A stretch of DNA of 64,000 bases from a virus (Duplodnaviria > Caudoviricetes): the IMG/VR virus record IMGVR_UViG_3300046615_000261, positions 64,001 through 128,000 of that record, one strand, 5' to 3'. Below, piece after piece: positions 8,533 to 18,191 of this stretch; within the stretch, counting starts at the first letter, position 1, and each line of letters opens with the position of its first letter. A model generated the notes under the pieces. That model was not told the origin of the DNA. It worked only from the letters and a program-made list of their open reading frames with translations, and did not search any database. A program made the position numbers and the translations under genes.

Positions 8533-10604
8533 TTCAGTGTCGCTCCGTTCTGTGTTGCAGGTGCTGCATTACTCTTTGACGAGGCGCCGAACACGCTGAA
8601 CTTATTCAGCTCAAGTTCCTGTGTGAAGTGCGCACCTTCAATCTTTGTCTTGATCATGCCGCACCAGTAGAAGTTATCCGTCAGGAGCTGCTTCGTGAAG
8701 TTCTCGTTCGAGTCGATTGGATCGAGTGTCATGAAGTCGACGTTCGGGCCGTACACGTTCACCTTCACGAACATCGGTGATTGCGCAATTGACGTACCAT
8801 CGATCTGCTTCGAGAGACGGTCCATCAGATCGGTCCGCCACTTCTCTTTCACGCCTTCATTCGTTTCACTGTTCGCCTTCGCTGATGTGATCGTGACAGC
8901 CGAGACGTGCTGTGGAATGAAACCGAATGTGCAACGAGCGAGCAGATCGGGATTACCGCGAACTGTCATCTTCGCTTGACCGCTCAGATTGTAGAAGTCA
9001 GACAGATTCTGCGTGTACTGTTGCGACACTTGCTGAGGAGTCGCTTCACCGTCAGACTTCGCATTCGCGCCGAGATTGCTGAAGTTCGATCTTTCCTGCT
9101 CAGTGAGCATCCGCAGTGGGATTGGATCATTCCGTGAACGACCGAGAATCGACGTCGTGTCCTTTGCAGCCGTTGAACCGTCTTCTGGCTTCTTAGCTGC
9201 AGTGTCACCGCCCGTAAAGAGCTCACCTTGACCAAGCTTCACACCCTGCATCAGGAGCAGATTGAAGTTCTCGATCTTCAGGTCCAACGTCAGAACGTCC
9301 ATGTTCCGGCCAGAGAAAATGTAGTCGTACTCGAGGTACGATTTAGGCAGGCGCTTGTTCCCAGTGGTCTCGTACAGTGCGTCTTCCGAGGACACGGCGG
9401 TTGAGGTCATGCCCTTCTGCGCATTTGGCACCGTGAACTCAACAACGTCAACGTGCACCGTGAACGAGTCATCGTCCGAGGTGATCGTGATCAGGTGCTT
9501 GTAGAACTTGATTGAGTCAGCCGACTTACCATTCGGCCCGAAGTTCGACAGCTTCTGAATCTGAACGACCTGCTTGAATACGACATCAAGAACTTCAGTG
9601 ATTGTCAGGTAAGGATCGACTGCAATGTACGAGCTCTTTGCTGTAGCAGCCGAGTTCGCTTGCGCCTTCTTCTGCGCTTCAACTGCCGAGTCGTTCTGCT
9701 TCTTCGCGTTCGATGCTTTACGATCAGCTTCCTGCTTCAGGAGCTCAGCGAAATTGATCTCAGTTGCGGCACCTTGAGCTGGTCCGGAGAATGTAAATGC
9801 TTCCCATTCCTTTGGGATCGTGATCATGTACTGCACTGGACGGCCGAGGCGCTGCGCCTTGTCCTTGCTGTCAGCATCGACACCGTTCACGGTCTTGTAC
9901 CGCGTCAAAGACTCATCGTTCAGCCGACCTTCGAACGACTTCACGAGAGCACCCAGGGTGTTCCCCGATCCGCCCGTATAGTAGTTAGATGCCGTTCCGA
10001 TCGATGTCCACGACGTGTTCACTCGTGCATTCGAGGTCATACCGATCAGTGGGAAGCAAGAGCAAGCGTACACGCCCTTCACGTCGTTCAGATCGACCTG
10101 GATCGTGCTGAAGATTGCAGGGATGCCAATCGACTGAACGATCTTCGTGTCGCCTTCGGCCGTGTGTCCAACGAAGATCACACGGATCAGGAGCGACATC
10201 CCATCAAAGCTGACTTGGAGTTTCTCGGCCATCAAGTACTGCAGGAAGTTCGCGAACGAAATGCCTGTGTTGTCGACAATGCTGAAGTCCATCTTCAGGC
10301 CGACGGAATTCGGTGAGTTCGAGCCAGGCACTGACATCCCAGCGATCATTGTATCAATCGAAAAGTTTTCGATCGTGAACTGAGAGAAACGGCGCGTATC
10401 AATCATCAGGAAAGCTGACTCAGCCTTTCCGTCCATTGAGATTGATCCACCAAGTTTCTTGCACGAGTCAATCGCTTTCAGCGAGGCCGAAAGCTTGTTC
10501 TCATCGCTGAAGTCTCTGAGCGCGTCAGTCGACTTCGCAGCAAGCACCACATAGTGGATCGTGTGCGATTGGAACTGATCTAGTTTGTTTGTGACGTTGA
10601 TCAT
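8529..10604 (-). CDS. Putative baseplate hub protein (gp27-like position)
   Basis: 691 aa between the gp53-like and gp5-like genes; assignment mainly by context. Confidence 0.45.
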   Translation of the reverse strand: MINVTNKLDQFQSHTIHYVVLAAKSTDALRDFSDENKLSASLKAIDSCKKLGGSISMDGKAESAFLMIDTRRFSQFTIENFSIDTMIAGMSVPGSNSPNSVGLKMDFSIVDNTGISFANFLQYLMAEKLQVSFDGMSLLIRVIFVGHTAEGDTKIVQSIGIPAIFSTIQVDLNDVKGVYACSCFPLIGMTSNARVNTSWTSIGTASNYYTGGSGNTLGALVKSFEGRLNDESLTRYKTVNGVDADSKDKAQRLGRPVQYMITIPKEWEAFTFSGPAQGAATEINFAELLKQEADRKASNAKKQNDSAVEAQKKAQANSAATAKSSYIAVDPYLTITEVLDVVFKQVVQIQKLSNFGPNGKSADSIKFYKHLITITSDDDSFTVHVDVVEFTVPNAQKGMTSTAVSSEDALYETTGNKRLPKSYLEYDYIFSGRNMDVLTLDLKIENFNLLLMQGVKLGQGELFTGGDTAAKKPEDGSTAAKDTTSILGRSRNDPIPLRMLTEQERSNFSNLGANAKSDGEATPQQVSQQYTQNLSDFYNLSGQAKMTVRGNPDLLARCTFGFIPQHVSAVTITSAKANSETNEGVKEKWRTDLMDRLSKQIDGTSIAQSPMFVKVNVYGPNVDFMTLDPIDSNENFTKQLLTDNFYWCGMIKTKIEGAHFTQELELNKFSVFGASSKSNAAPATQNGATLK

Positions 10605-10976
10605 TTATACGATCGGAGTGATGTTCGAAAGTGGAATTGTCCGGGCGCTCTTGAATCCGCCGACTCGACCGTTCATGAGCATTCCAGCCCGATCCTTCGA
10701 TGGGATACGGAGAACGCGGCCGATCGTGATCTCAGAGAATGGATCAAGGATCGCGTTGTACTGCGCGATCAACCACCAGAGATGAGAGTCGCCAAGGAAT
10801 GCGGCAGCAATCAGATCAAGACGACCTTCAGTCTTGATGTCGACCGTGTACCGCATGTCGCTAGGATCTACTTCGAATTGAATGCGTTCCCACCATTCAA
10901 GGCGAGTGCTGTTCACTTCGGTCTCGCCGCCAGAGACGTACCGAGAGTTCTGAACGTTTACAGAGTTTTTATCCAT
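10605..10976 (-). CDS. Baseplate wedge protein gp53/LysM-like
   Basis: RLDLIAAAFLGDSHLWWLIAQYNAILDPFSEITIGRVLRIP. Confidence 0.8.
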   Translation of the reverse strand: MDKNSVNVQNSRYVSGGETEVNSTRLEWWERIQFEVDPSDMRYTVDIKTEGRLDLIAAAFLGDSHLWWLIAQYNAILDPFSEITIGRVLRIPSKDRAGMLMNGRVGGFKSARTIPLSNITPIV

Positions 10977-12415
10977 TATGCGCTCTTCAATTGATCAATC
11001 TTTGCCTGGGCCGCCGATGCCTGGGTGTTCAGGAACTCCTTCTGCGAGGTCCACTTTGCACGATCTGCATCTGTCGCCGCCGCGGCGAGTGCCTTATCGG
11101 CCGATTCCATACGGGAACCTTGAAGCTCACTGATGTACTTCTCAAGGCGAGCAATCTCAGTTTCGTTCGAAGGAGCAGCAGGAGCGGGGGCCGGTGCTGG
11201 AGCAGCTGCTGGCTCTGGGGTGTCCTTGGTCATGATCGGCGTGCCTGACGCCAGCAGCGAATCGGCCGTGAAACCAGGGTCCGTTGAGGTGTCAGAAGCT
11301 TCAGTTGGATAGTTAGACTCGAACGGCTCGCTCGCTGTCGAGGTTGGGTAATCCGATTCGAACGAAGTAGCTTGCACGCCACTCTCTTGCTTAGCGTCAG
11401 ACTCAAGTTCGCCAGACGGTTCAGAGCGATTAACCTTACGATCACCACCGTATGCTTCGATCATGTCGCCGTTGCTGAACGCCAGCAGGTCAAATGCGTT
11501 GAACTGCACTGCAGAGAACGACTCAACCAGATTGATTTGAACATTAATCACGGATGGGAATGGCTTCGACTCGACTGCATCGTCAATTGGAATCCAGTCA
11601 CAGTCACGCGGCCATTGCCAGTTCAGTGAAGTCAGAACGACCGGAACCTTGCCAACGATACCACGCCAGCCGCTGAATGCCAGCACTGGAGGTGGAGCGC
11701 CTAGCATCTTTCCACGTTGGTTCTCACCGAAGTACGGCATCACCCATGAGCGAAGACGATTGATGAACTCGTAATTCTGACGAGCTTGTTCACGAGTACT
11801 TGCCGTGAACATCGCGTTCACGTTCCACTGGGTAGCCTTCGTGCCCTTGTACTTCTGGAATTCGCCAGGCATCTGGGTAGCAGAGAGTGCTTCGTACTCA
11901 GCGTTCCGTTGCTCACCAACTTCAGGCATGATCACGAACTTCACGAGCGTGTCATCAACCATCGAGACGAGTTGAACGATGTGATCGTCATTCCCGGAAC
12001 TCGTGCCACCGCCAGCAGCATTGATCTGCGAAGCAGAGACTGAACTGCTTTTGACGGCTGAAGTACCTTCAAGTCCAGTGCCATCGAACATGTTCATCGC
12101 ATCGAACTTAGCGATCAGCGAATCGAATTCTGCTTGATCGGCGCCGAATCGATCAGTGACCGCGCCGACAGCCTCATCGAGCAGTTTAGTGCTTCCAGCT
12201 GACGAGTAATCGATCGAGTCATCACGGACCATGATCGGTGTTCGGCTTGCCCAAACAGCGTCAACATCAAAGCCGCCGTCATTCAGATCGGCAGAGTCGA
12301 GGGTACCGAGACCGGCTGGGCTCGAGGTGTACAGATCCTCCGAGTAATCAGGCAGAGTAAGGTTCTCTGGCTCATTCACCTTCGGCAGGCTGAATACGGA
12401 ATCAAGCAGTCCCAT
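10976..12415 (-). CDS. Baseplate/tail-tube initiator-like protein (gp48/gp54-type)
   Basis: Start at ATG 12415 (SD AGGTGG); core YKGT...RLRSWVMPYFG...GAPPPVL...VPVVLTSLNWQWP resembles tube-like baseplate proteins. Confidence 0.55.
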   Translation of the reverse strand: MGLLDSVFSLPKVNEPENLTLPDYSEDLYTSSPAGLGTLDSADLNDGGFDVDAVWASRTPIMVRDDSIDYSSAGSTKLLDEAVGAVTDRFGADQAEFDSLIAKFDAMNMFDGTGLEGTSAVKSSSVSASQINAAGGGTSSGNDDHIVQLVSMVDDTLVKFVIMPEVGEQRNAEYEALSATQMPGEFQKYKGTKATQWNVNAMFTASTREQARQNYEFINRLRSWVMPYFGENQRGKMLGAPPPVLAFSGWRGIVGKVPVVLTSLNWQWPRDCDWIPIDDAVESKPFPSVINVQINLVESFSAVQFNAFDLLAFSNGDMIEAYGGDRKVNRSEPSGELESDAKQESGVQATSFESDYPTSTASEPFESNYPTEASDTSTDPGFTADSLLASGTPIMTKDTPEPAAAPAPAPAPAAPSNETEIARLEKYISELQGSRMESADKALAAAATDADRAKWTSQKEFLNTQASAAQAKIDQLKSA

Positions 12416-13076
12416 CTGTACCACCTGCATTCTTGATCTTGTTGAACATCATCTTTGCCAGCTTCACATTGTCTTTCAGTCCGACTAGGATCGCGAACTT
12501 CTCGAATTCATTCTGTTTCACTGCGAGACGTGCCAGCGATCCGCTGACCATGCTCACAGGAATCGTCTCGTCCACGTACTTCAGGATGTCGGCATTCGCT
12601 GCGTTCTTGTCGAACTTGCTCTGCTTATCATCCGCGTTATCCGAGACGGTCTCGTCTCGGTCAAGAGTGATCGCGACGTGCTTGATCGTCTTACCGTCTT
12701 CACTCTTCTCGAAGTACTTGTCCAGCATCTCGAGGTACTTCGAAGCACGATCAGAGCCTGCAGCGATCGCAACCGGTTCGTATCCTTCTTCACGGACCTT
12801 CTCGAACGCGTCGTATGCAGAGCCGGCGATCAGAAATTTCACACCATCGGCCTTGCCGGAACCCGTCATGAATCGGACTCGTTCGTCTCCGGAGAGCGGG
12901 TTCTTTACCTTGTCTTTGCTGGTCTCTTTACCAGCGATGATCACGACGATCGGCATGGCATCGAGAAGCAGGTTCTGATTGTCGATCACGTACTTCTTGA
13001 CCATGTCGATCACGGCGTAATGCCCCAGCGTCGGTGGCTGGAATCTCCCAATAACGACTGCGGCACGCTTAAGCAT
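12402..13076 (-). CDS. Nucleotidyltransferase, HIGH-motif (cytidylyltransferase/NMNAT-like)
   Basis: VVIGRFQPPTLGHY, KNPLSGDER, AGSDR and VSGSLAR (SxSxxR) motifs; start 13076 after late promoter. Confidence 0.8.
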   Translation of the reverse strand: MLKRAAVVIGRFQPPTLGHYAVIDMVKKYVIDNQNLLLDAMPIVVIIAGKETSKDKVKNPLSGDERVRFMTGSGKADGVKFLIAGSAYDAFEKVREEGYEPVAIAAGSDRASKYLEMLDKYFEKSEDGKTIKHVAITLDRDETVSDNADDKQSKFDKNAANADILKYVDETIPVSMVSGSLARLAVKQNEFEKFAILVGLKDNVKLAKMMFNKIKNAGGTDGTA

Positions 13077-13219
13077 TCTGGAACCCTGTGAACATCTTCT
13101 ATTTAGACCTTGATGAAAAGCGCTCGACGGGTCAACCGCGAGCGTACAATAGTGGTGGAGCGATTCGGTTATCCCGGGTGACCCGCGCGCGGGTGCAGGA
13201 GGAACGTTACAATACACAC

Positions 13220-13249
13220 ATGCCGTCACATTACTTAGACGGCAAATGA
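13220..13249 (+). CDS. 9-codon uORF MPSHYLDGK coupled to gp55
   Basis: ATG 7 nt after TACAAT (13208..13213); stop TGA overlaps the gp55 ATG (ATGA). Confidence 0.45.
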   Translation: MPSHYLDGK

Positions 13250-13734
13250 CCGAAACAACAACCAAGCCCAAGACAGTTAAGCCAGCCAAGAAAGAGCGTT
13301 CAAAGACCACCCAAGGTCATTACGTAAAGAACGCCGAGCTGCTCGCTGAATTCCATATCTGCAAAGCCAAGGGCGAGCTTTCCCCCCTGATGGCGAAGTA
13401 CCTGATGATGATCGCTGAACGGTACTCGTACCATCAGTGGTTCGCAGGATACTCTTTCCGTGAAGACATGGTTTGCACCGCTGTGGTGAATCTGTGTGCG
13501 AACTGGCATAAGTTCAATCCCGAGAAGTCCGATAATCCGTTCGCTTACTACACGACGGCCTGTTATCGCTCTTTCCTATCGTACCTTGACGCTGAAAAGA
13601 AAGAGCGTACGATTCGTGATGAACTCCTGATTGAAGCTGGCGCGAACCCGTCGTTCAACTATCAGGCTCGGCACGGTACTTCGGGTAAGACTTCTGATGA
13701 TACCGCATTCTCTGGCGGTGGTGGAGACGATTGA
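13246..13734 (+). CDS. gp55: Late-transcription sigma factor gp55
   Basis: HYVKNAEL...IAERYS...FAGYSFREDMV...FNPEKSDNPFAYYT...EKKERTIRDEL. Confidence 0.92.
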   Translation: MTETTTKPKTVKPAKKERSKTTQGHYVKNAELLAEFHICKAKGELSPLMAKYLMMIAERYSYHQWFAGYSFREDMVCTAVVNLCANWHKFNPEKSDNPFAYYTTACYRSFLSYLDAEKKERTIRDELLIEAGANPSFNYQARHGTSGKTSDDTAFSGGGGDD

Positions 13735-13940
13735 TGATTCTCAAATACGGTTCATTTGACGATTACTGGAACGGAGACGGCGTTTACGTGTCTCTGCTCT
13801 GGAAGCGCGGTCACTTCCTGATCGGCGTTCGAAAGTGTCTGTTCGTTCTGCGAGCACTGAAGCCGCCAGGCAAGCCTGGTTATGCTCGCCTGTACATCGG
13901 GCCGTTCGAGTTTGAGGTAGCGCATGTCCACAAAGATTGA
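13734..13940 (+). CDS. Small hypothetical protein
   Basis: TGATG-coupled to gp55. Confidence 0.55.
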   Translation: MILKYGSFDDYWNGDGVYVSLLWKRGHFLIGVRKCLFVLRALKPPGKPGYARLYIGPFEFEVAHVHKD

Positions 13941-14742
13941 CGGGAACGGTTACTTCTCGCCAGGAATTGCGTACGGTCAGTGCAGACTTGTTTATACGAG
14001 TTCTAGCGCGATCACTCTGTTCCCGTACCTAGGGAACAAGCTCAGCATCGGCCCGAACGCCGACATTTACACGGTTCCTGATGCAGGTGTTACGTTGGCA
14101 CCTACTGGTCTAACGGCCGGTAGCACGTACAACATTTACGCGTACGCATCTGGCGCGAACATCGTGCTCGAAGCGTCATTGACTGCACGTGCGAAAGACA
14201 CCACGACCGGCATTGCGATCAAGACCGGCGATAACACTCGCACTCTGGTCGGTAAGGCGTACTGCCAAGCTGGTGTTACTTGGGACACGACGGTAGGTGC
14301 AAAGCTTGTGATCAGCTGGTTCAATCGTCGTCCAGTTATGGCGACGCAAAATCTGGCATCGAACGTAACGTTGACCTCTACCACACCGGTCGAGTTGAGC
14401 ACCCAGAACCGTTCGTACGGTCTGTGCTGGGGTGAAGACATCGTTGAAGCTCGCATGAGCGCAGTACTGAGTGGCGGAACACTGAACGTCGTGTACTATG
14501 GGAACGCCACTCTGCACGCGTCCGCTGGCGACACAGCTGGGAATAACTCGTATTTTCAGACAGCATTTGCTGGTCAGTACGGTTCGATGTACAGCACTGT
14601 GGTCGCTCAACCTGCCGAAACTCTTGGCCCGACGAACAATCTGGTCTGGTCGACGCAAATGTCGTGGCTGAACGCTGCTGGGACGTCAACGTTCTACTCG
14701 GGTGCAACGAACACGACGAGCACACTGATCATTCAGGGTTAA
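13924..14742 (+). CDS. Beta-rich, tail-fibre-like protein
   Basis: GQCRL...LFPYLGNKLSIG...LTAGSTYNIYAY pattern recalled from phage fibre-associated domains; T/S/G-rich. Confidence 0.45.
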   Translation: MSTKIDGNGYFSPGIAYGQCRLVYTSSSAITLFPYLGNKLSIGPNADIYTVPDAGVTLAPTGLTAGSTYNIYAYASGANIVLEASLTARAKDTTTGIAIKTGDNTRTLVGKAYCQAGVTWDTTVGAKLVISWFNRRPVMATQNLASNVTLTSTTPVELSTQNRSYGLCWGEDIVEARMSAVLSGGTLNVVYYGNATLHASAGDTAGNNSYFQTAFAGQYGSMYSTVVAQPAETLGPTNNLVWSTQMSWLNAAGTSTFYSGATNTTSTLIIQG

Positions 14743-14821
14743 CCCGACCCTGATCTGAACAGGAATTGTAACGGCAGGGAGTTACAATTTGAACTGAGCT
14801 GTCTAATCCAAGCGACAGCAC

Positions 14822-15874
14822 ATGACTTTGAAAACCCCTATGCGCCTCATGATGTTCACGGACATCCATTGGGGCGCACGTACAAACTCCGATCAGCATC
14901 TGCAGGACTGCCTCGATTACATCGACTGGTTCTGCAAGCTCGCGATCGAACAGGAAGCGACGCACATCGCATTCCTCGGTGACTGGTTCGAGAATCGGAA
15001 TCAGATCAACGTTCGTACCCTGAAGTACTCGCAAGAGGGCGCGCGTCGTCTGAACGCTCTCGGTCTGCCGATCTTCTTCATCGTCGGCAATCACGATCTG
15101 TACCATCGCTCGAATCGCTCGATCTACTCGACCGATCAGTTCGGTGACCTGAAGAACTTCATCATGGTGAATGAACCGGTCGAGATCAGTGACGAGATGT
15201 TCATGTCTCCGTTCCTGTTCAAGGACGAGTACCCTGCTCTAGCTGAGCAGATCAACTCACACAAGTACGTTCTCGGGCACTTCGAGTTCCGGAACTTCGT
15301 CGTTACCGGGAATGACCGAGTGCTCGATCACGGTCCTGACGCGTCGCTGTTCACTGGCCCGAAGTACCTCCTGTCTGGTCACTTCCACAAGCGCCAAGCA
15401 AGCAAGAACATCATCTACATCGGGAACACTTTCCCAACATCGTTCGGCGATGCTGGCGACAACGAACGTGGTGCCGCTCTGCTCGTGACCGACACTGAAG
15501 AACTGTCGTTCTTCAATTACGACGCGGCTCCTCTGTTCTTCAAATGCCGTCTCTCGAACGTTCTGGCCGGTGACGTGCAATTCACGCCCCGCGCTCGGGT
15601 ACGTTGTCTGCTCGATGCTGACGTACAGTACTCAGACGTACAAGCGTTGCGTGAAGAGATGATGACGGCGTTCGAACTCCGTGAGTTCTCCGTTGAAGAG
15701 GATCTGCAATCAAAGAAAGACTCGATCGCCTCGGGTCTCGAGATCGAGGGTGAACTCGATCTGTCATCGCTGGACGGCACGGTCCGCCAGCTGATCAATG
15801 AAGGCGTAACGCCAACCGCAACAATCGATCCGAGCATTCTGGTCGAACTGTACGAAGAACTTAAACTTGATTAA
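14822..15874 (+). CDS. gp47: Recombination endonuclease subunit (Mre11/SbcD-like)
   Basis: TDIHWG, FLGDWF, VGNHDL, GHFE and SGHFH metallophosphoesterase motifs. Confidence 0.92.
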   Translation: MTLKTPMRLMMFTDIHWGARTNSDQHLQDCLDYIDWFCKLAIEQEATHIAFLGDWFENRNQINVRTLKYSQEGARRLNALGLPIFFIVGNHDLYHRSNRSIYSTDQFGDLKNFIMVNEPVEISDEMFMSPFLFKDEYPALAEQINSHKYVLGHFEFRNFVVTGNDRVLDHGPDASLFTGPKYLLSGHFHKRQASKNIIYIGNTFPTSFGDAGDNERGAALLVTDTEELSFFNYDAAPLFFKCRLSNVLAGDVQFTPRARVRCLLDADVQYSDVQALREEMMTAFELREFSVEEDLQSKKDSIASGLEIEGELDLSSLDGTVRQLINEGVTPTATIDPSILVELYEELKLD

Positions 15875-15883
15875 GGAAGCAAA

Positions 15884-16423
15884 ATGACTTGCATCGTTGG
15901 TATTGAATTCAATGACAAGGTTCTGATGGGTGGCGACATCCAAGGGACCGGGTACAACAACAAGGTTGTGCACACGCAACCGAAGGTGTTCAACAAGAAG
16001 GGCGTTCTGTTCGGCTTCACGACCAGCTATCGCTTTGGCCAGCTCCTCGAGCACGGTCTTGCCGATCCAGTCGTTCCAGAAGACGACAATGAGATCTACC
16101 GTTGGCTGATCACTGTCCTGATTCCGGACATCAAGAAAGCGCTGAAGACCGGCGACTACGAAAAGGGTGGCACGTGTCTGATCGGCGTGAAGGGTCAGCT
16201 CTGGGAACTGCAAGACGACTTCAGTGTCTTGCGCTCTGTGAAGGGTTACACCGCTTGCGGCTCTGGCTATGAGTACGCAATGGGCTCGATGTTCACCACT
16301 GCAGGTCAACGCCCAAGCCTTAGCACCCAGCAAGAGTACACGAACGCAGTGAAAGCTGCGATCCTCACGGCCGGTACATTCAGCCCGTCCGTTGGTACCG
16401 ACTCCGTCGTCATTTCGAACTAA
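15884..16423 (+). CDS. Ntn-hydrolase peptidase (proteasome beta/HslV-like)
   Basis: MTCIVG (N-terminal Thr nucleophile), GGD, ACGSGYEYAMG. Confidence 0.8.
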   Translation: MTCIVGIEFNDKVLMGGDIQGTGYNNKVVHTQPKVFNKKGVLFGFTTSYRFGQLLEHGLADPVVPEDDNEIYRWLITVLIPDIKKALKTGDYEKGGTCLIGVKGQLWELQDDFSVLRSVKGYTACGSGYEYAMGSMFTTAGQRPSLSTQQEYTNAVKAAILTAGTFSPSVGTDSVVISN

Positions 16424-16426
16424 ACA

Positions 16427-18166
16427 ATGAGCTCCTCCCTTTATTTCCGCGAACTGTCGATTCGGAACTTCCTCTCGTTCGGCCAGAATGAAACGATCAT
16501 CGATCTGTCTGAGGCCGGTACGATTGAAGTCATTGGACAGAACTTGGACAAGGGCGGCTCGAACGGTTCAGGCAAGACGACGATCATCAACGCGATCTGC
16601 TACGCGTTGTACAACAAGCCGTTCGACAACATCTCGCTTCAGCGGCTGATCAACAGCACGAACGCGACGAAGAACACCTTGATGGAAGTGAAGCTTTCGT
16701 TCGAACGTGCTGGTGACGAGTACGAGATCACTCGTGTTCGTGGTGAGCATTACACGATCCGTCTGACGAAGAACGGTGAAGACATCACGCCAGGTAAGGG
16801 TGTTGCCGAGTGCGATGCCTTGATCGAGAGCGTGATCGGTATCAGCTACGAGTTGTTCACGAAGACGATCATCTTCTCGGGGAACGCGCAAGCTTTCCTC
16901 GAGCTGCCAGTCGCTCAGCAACGTCTGCAGATCGAAGAGCTGTTCAACATCACGTTGCTCTCTGAGAAGGCGAAGGTCCTTCGTGAGAACATCAAGGTCA
17001 CTGAAGGCGACATCAAGGTCCAGAAGGCCGTCGTGAAGCAGCAAGAAGTTGCTGTCGAGCTGTACAAGAAGCACATCACCGAAGCCGAGCAGCGAATCAC
17101 TAAGTGGGATCAGACTCGTCAGAAGGACATCGCCGAGATTGAGAACACTCTGGCAGTGGTCGGTACTGTTGACTTCGAACTGGAGCAGCTCTTGCACGAC
17201 GAGCGCTCGACGCTCGTTCAAGAAGGCGCGTACCTGGCTGCGAAGCTTGCTCCTGCCCGCAAGGATAATCAACAGCTTACTGCGGCTGTTGAGAAGCTTC
17301 TCGGCGAACAGGCTCATCTGGCTGACGCGACCTGCCCGTACTGTGCACAGAGTTTCGCCGATGCTCCAGCACGACTGGCAAAGATCGAAGACGAAATTGA
17401 TGTGAAGGGTAAGCTCCTGATCCAGGTCGAGGCTGATGTTCAATCACTGACCGAGAAGGCACGTGAACAGCAAGCGCGTCTGAAGGAAGTCGAAGCCGGT
17501 ATTCAGCACTCGAATCTGAACGAGCTCCTGTCTGCCCGTGAGAATGCATCTGTCCTTCGCACGAAGATGAACGATCTGAAGAACGCCGTGAATCCTCACG
17601 TCGAAGCTCTGGAACGCCTGCTTGCCGAAGACTGCAAGGAAGCCGATCATGCAAAGGTCGATGCCCTGCACAAGCGGCTCGAGCACATGCAGTTCCTGAT
17701 GAAGCTCTTGACGAACAAGGACTCGTTCCTCCGTCGCCGAATCATCAACAAGACGATTCCGTTCCTGAACGATCGAATCAACGGGTACACCGCTCAACTC
17801 GGGCTGCCACACATCGTTCGATTCGATGCTGACATGAGCTGCACGGTCTCTGAGTTCGGCCGTGAGCTGGACTTCGGTAATCTTTCAGCTGGTGAAAAGA
17901 AGCGAGTGAACGTCGGGCTGGCTCTTGCCTTCCGAGACGTGCTGCATCACATGCACGCGAAGTCGAATCTGATGCTGGTCGATGAACTCGACGGTCAGCT
18001 CGATGGTGGCGGTATTGATGCGGTGATTCGAATCATCAAGGACAAAGCCCGAGACGAAGAGATGTCCGTGTTCATTATCTCGCACCACCCGAACGTGTCT
18101 GGCCGACTGGATCGAACGCTTATCGTTTCGAAACAACATGGCTTCAGTACGATCAGCGACGGCTAA
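16427..18166 (+). CDS. gp46: Recombination ATPase subunit (Rad50/SbcC-like)
   Basis: NGSGKTT Walker A, CPYC zinc hook, LSAGEK signature, LVDE Walker B, ISHH. Confidence 0.93.
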   Translation: MSSSLYFRELSIRNFLSFGQNETIIDLSEAGTIEVIGQNLDKGGSNGSGKTTIINAICYALYNKPFDNISLQRLINSTNATKNTLMEVKLSFERAGDEYEITRVRGEHYTIRLTKNGEDITPGKGVAECDALIESVIGISYELFTKTIIFSGNAQAFLELPVAQQRLQIEELFNITLLSEKAKVLRENIKVTEGDIKVQKAVVKQQEVAVELYKKHITEAEQRITKWDQTRQKDIAEIENTLAVVGTVDFELEQLLHDERSTLVQEGAYLAAKLAPARKDNQQLTAAVEKLLGEQAHLADATCPYCAQSFADAPARLAKIEDEIDVKGKLLIQVEADVQSLTEKAREQQARLKEVEAGIQHSNLNELLSARENASVLRTKMNDLKNAVNPHVEALERLLAEDCKEADHAKVDALHKRLEHMQFLMKLLTNKDSFLRRRIINKTIPFLNDRINGYTAQLGLPHIVRFDADMSCTVSEFGRELDFGNLSAGEKKRVNVGLALAFRDVLHHMHAKSNLMLVDELDGQLDGGGIDAVIRIIKDKARDEEMSVFIISHHPNVSGRLDRTLIVSKQHGFSTISDG

Positions 18167-18191
18167 ATAGCCGTTATACAATGGACTGATC

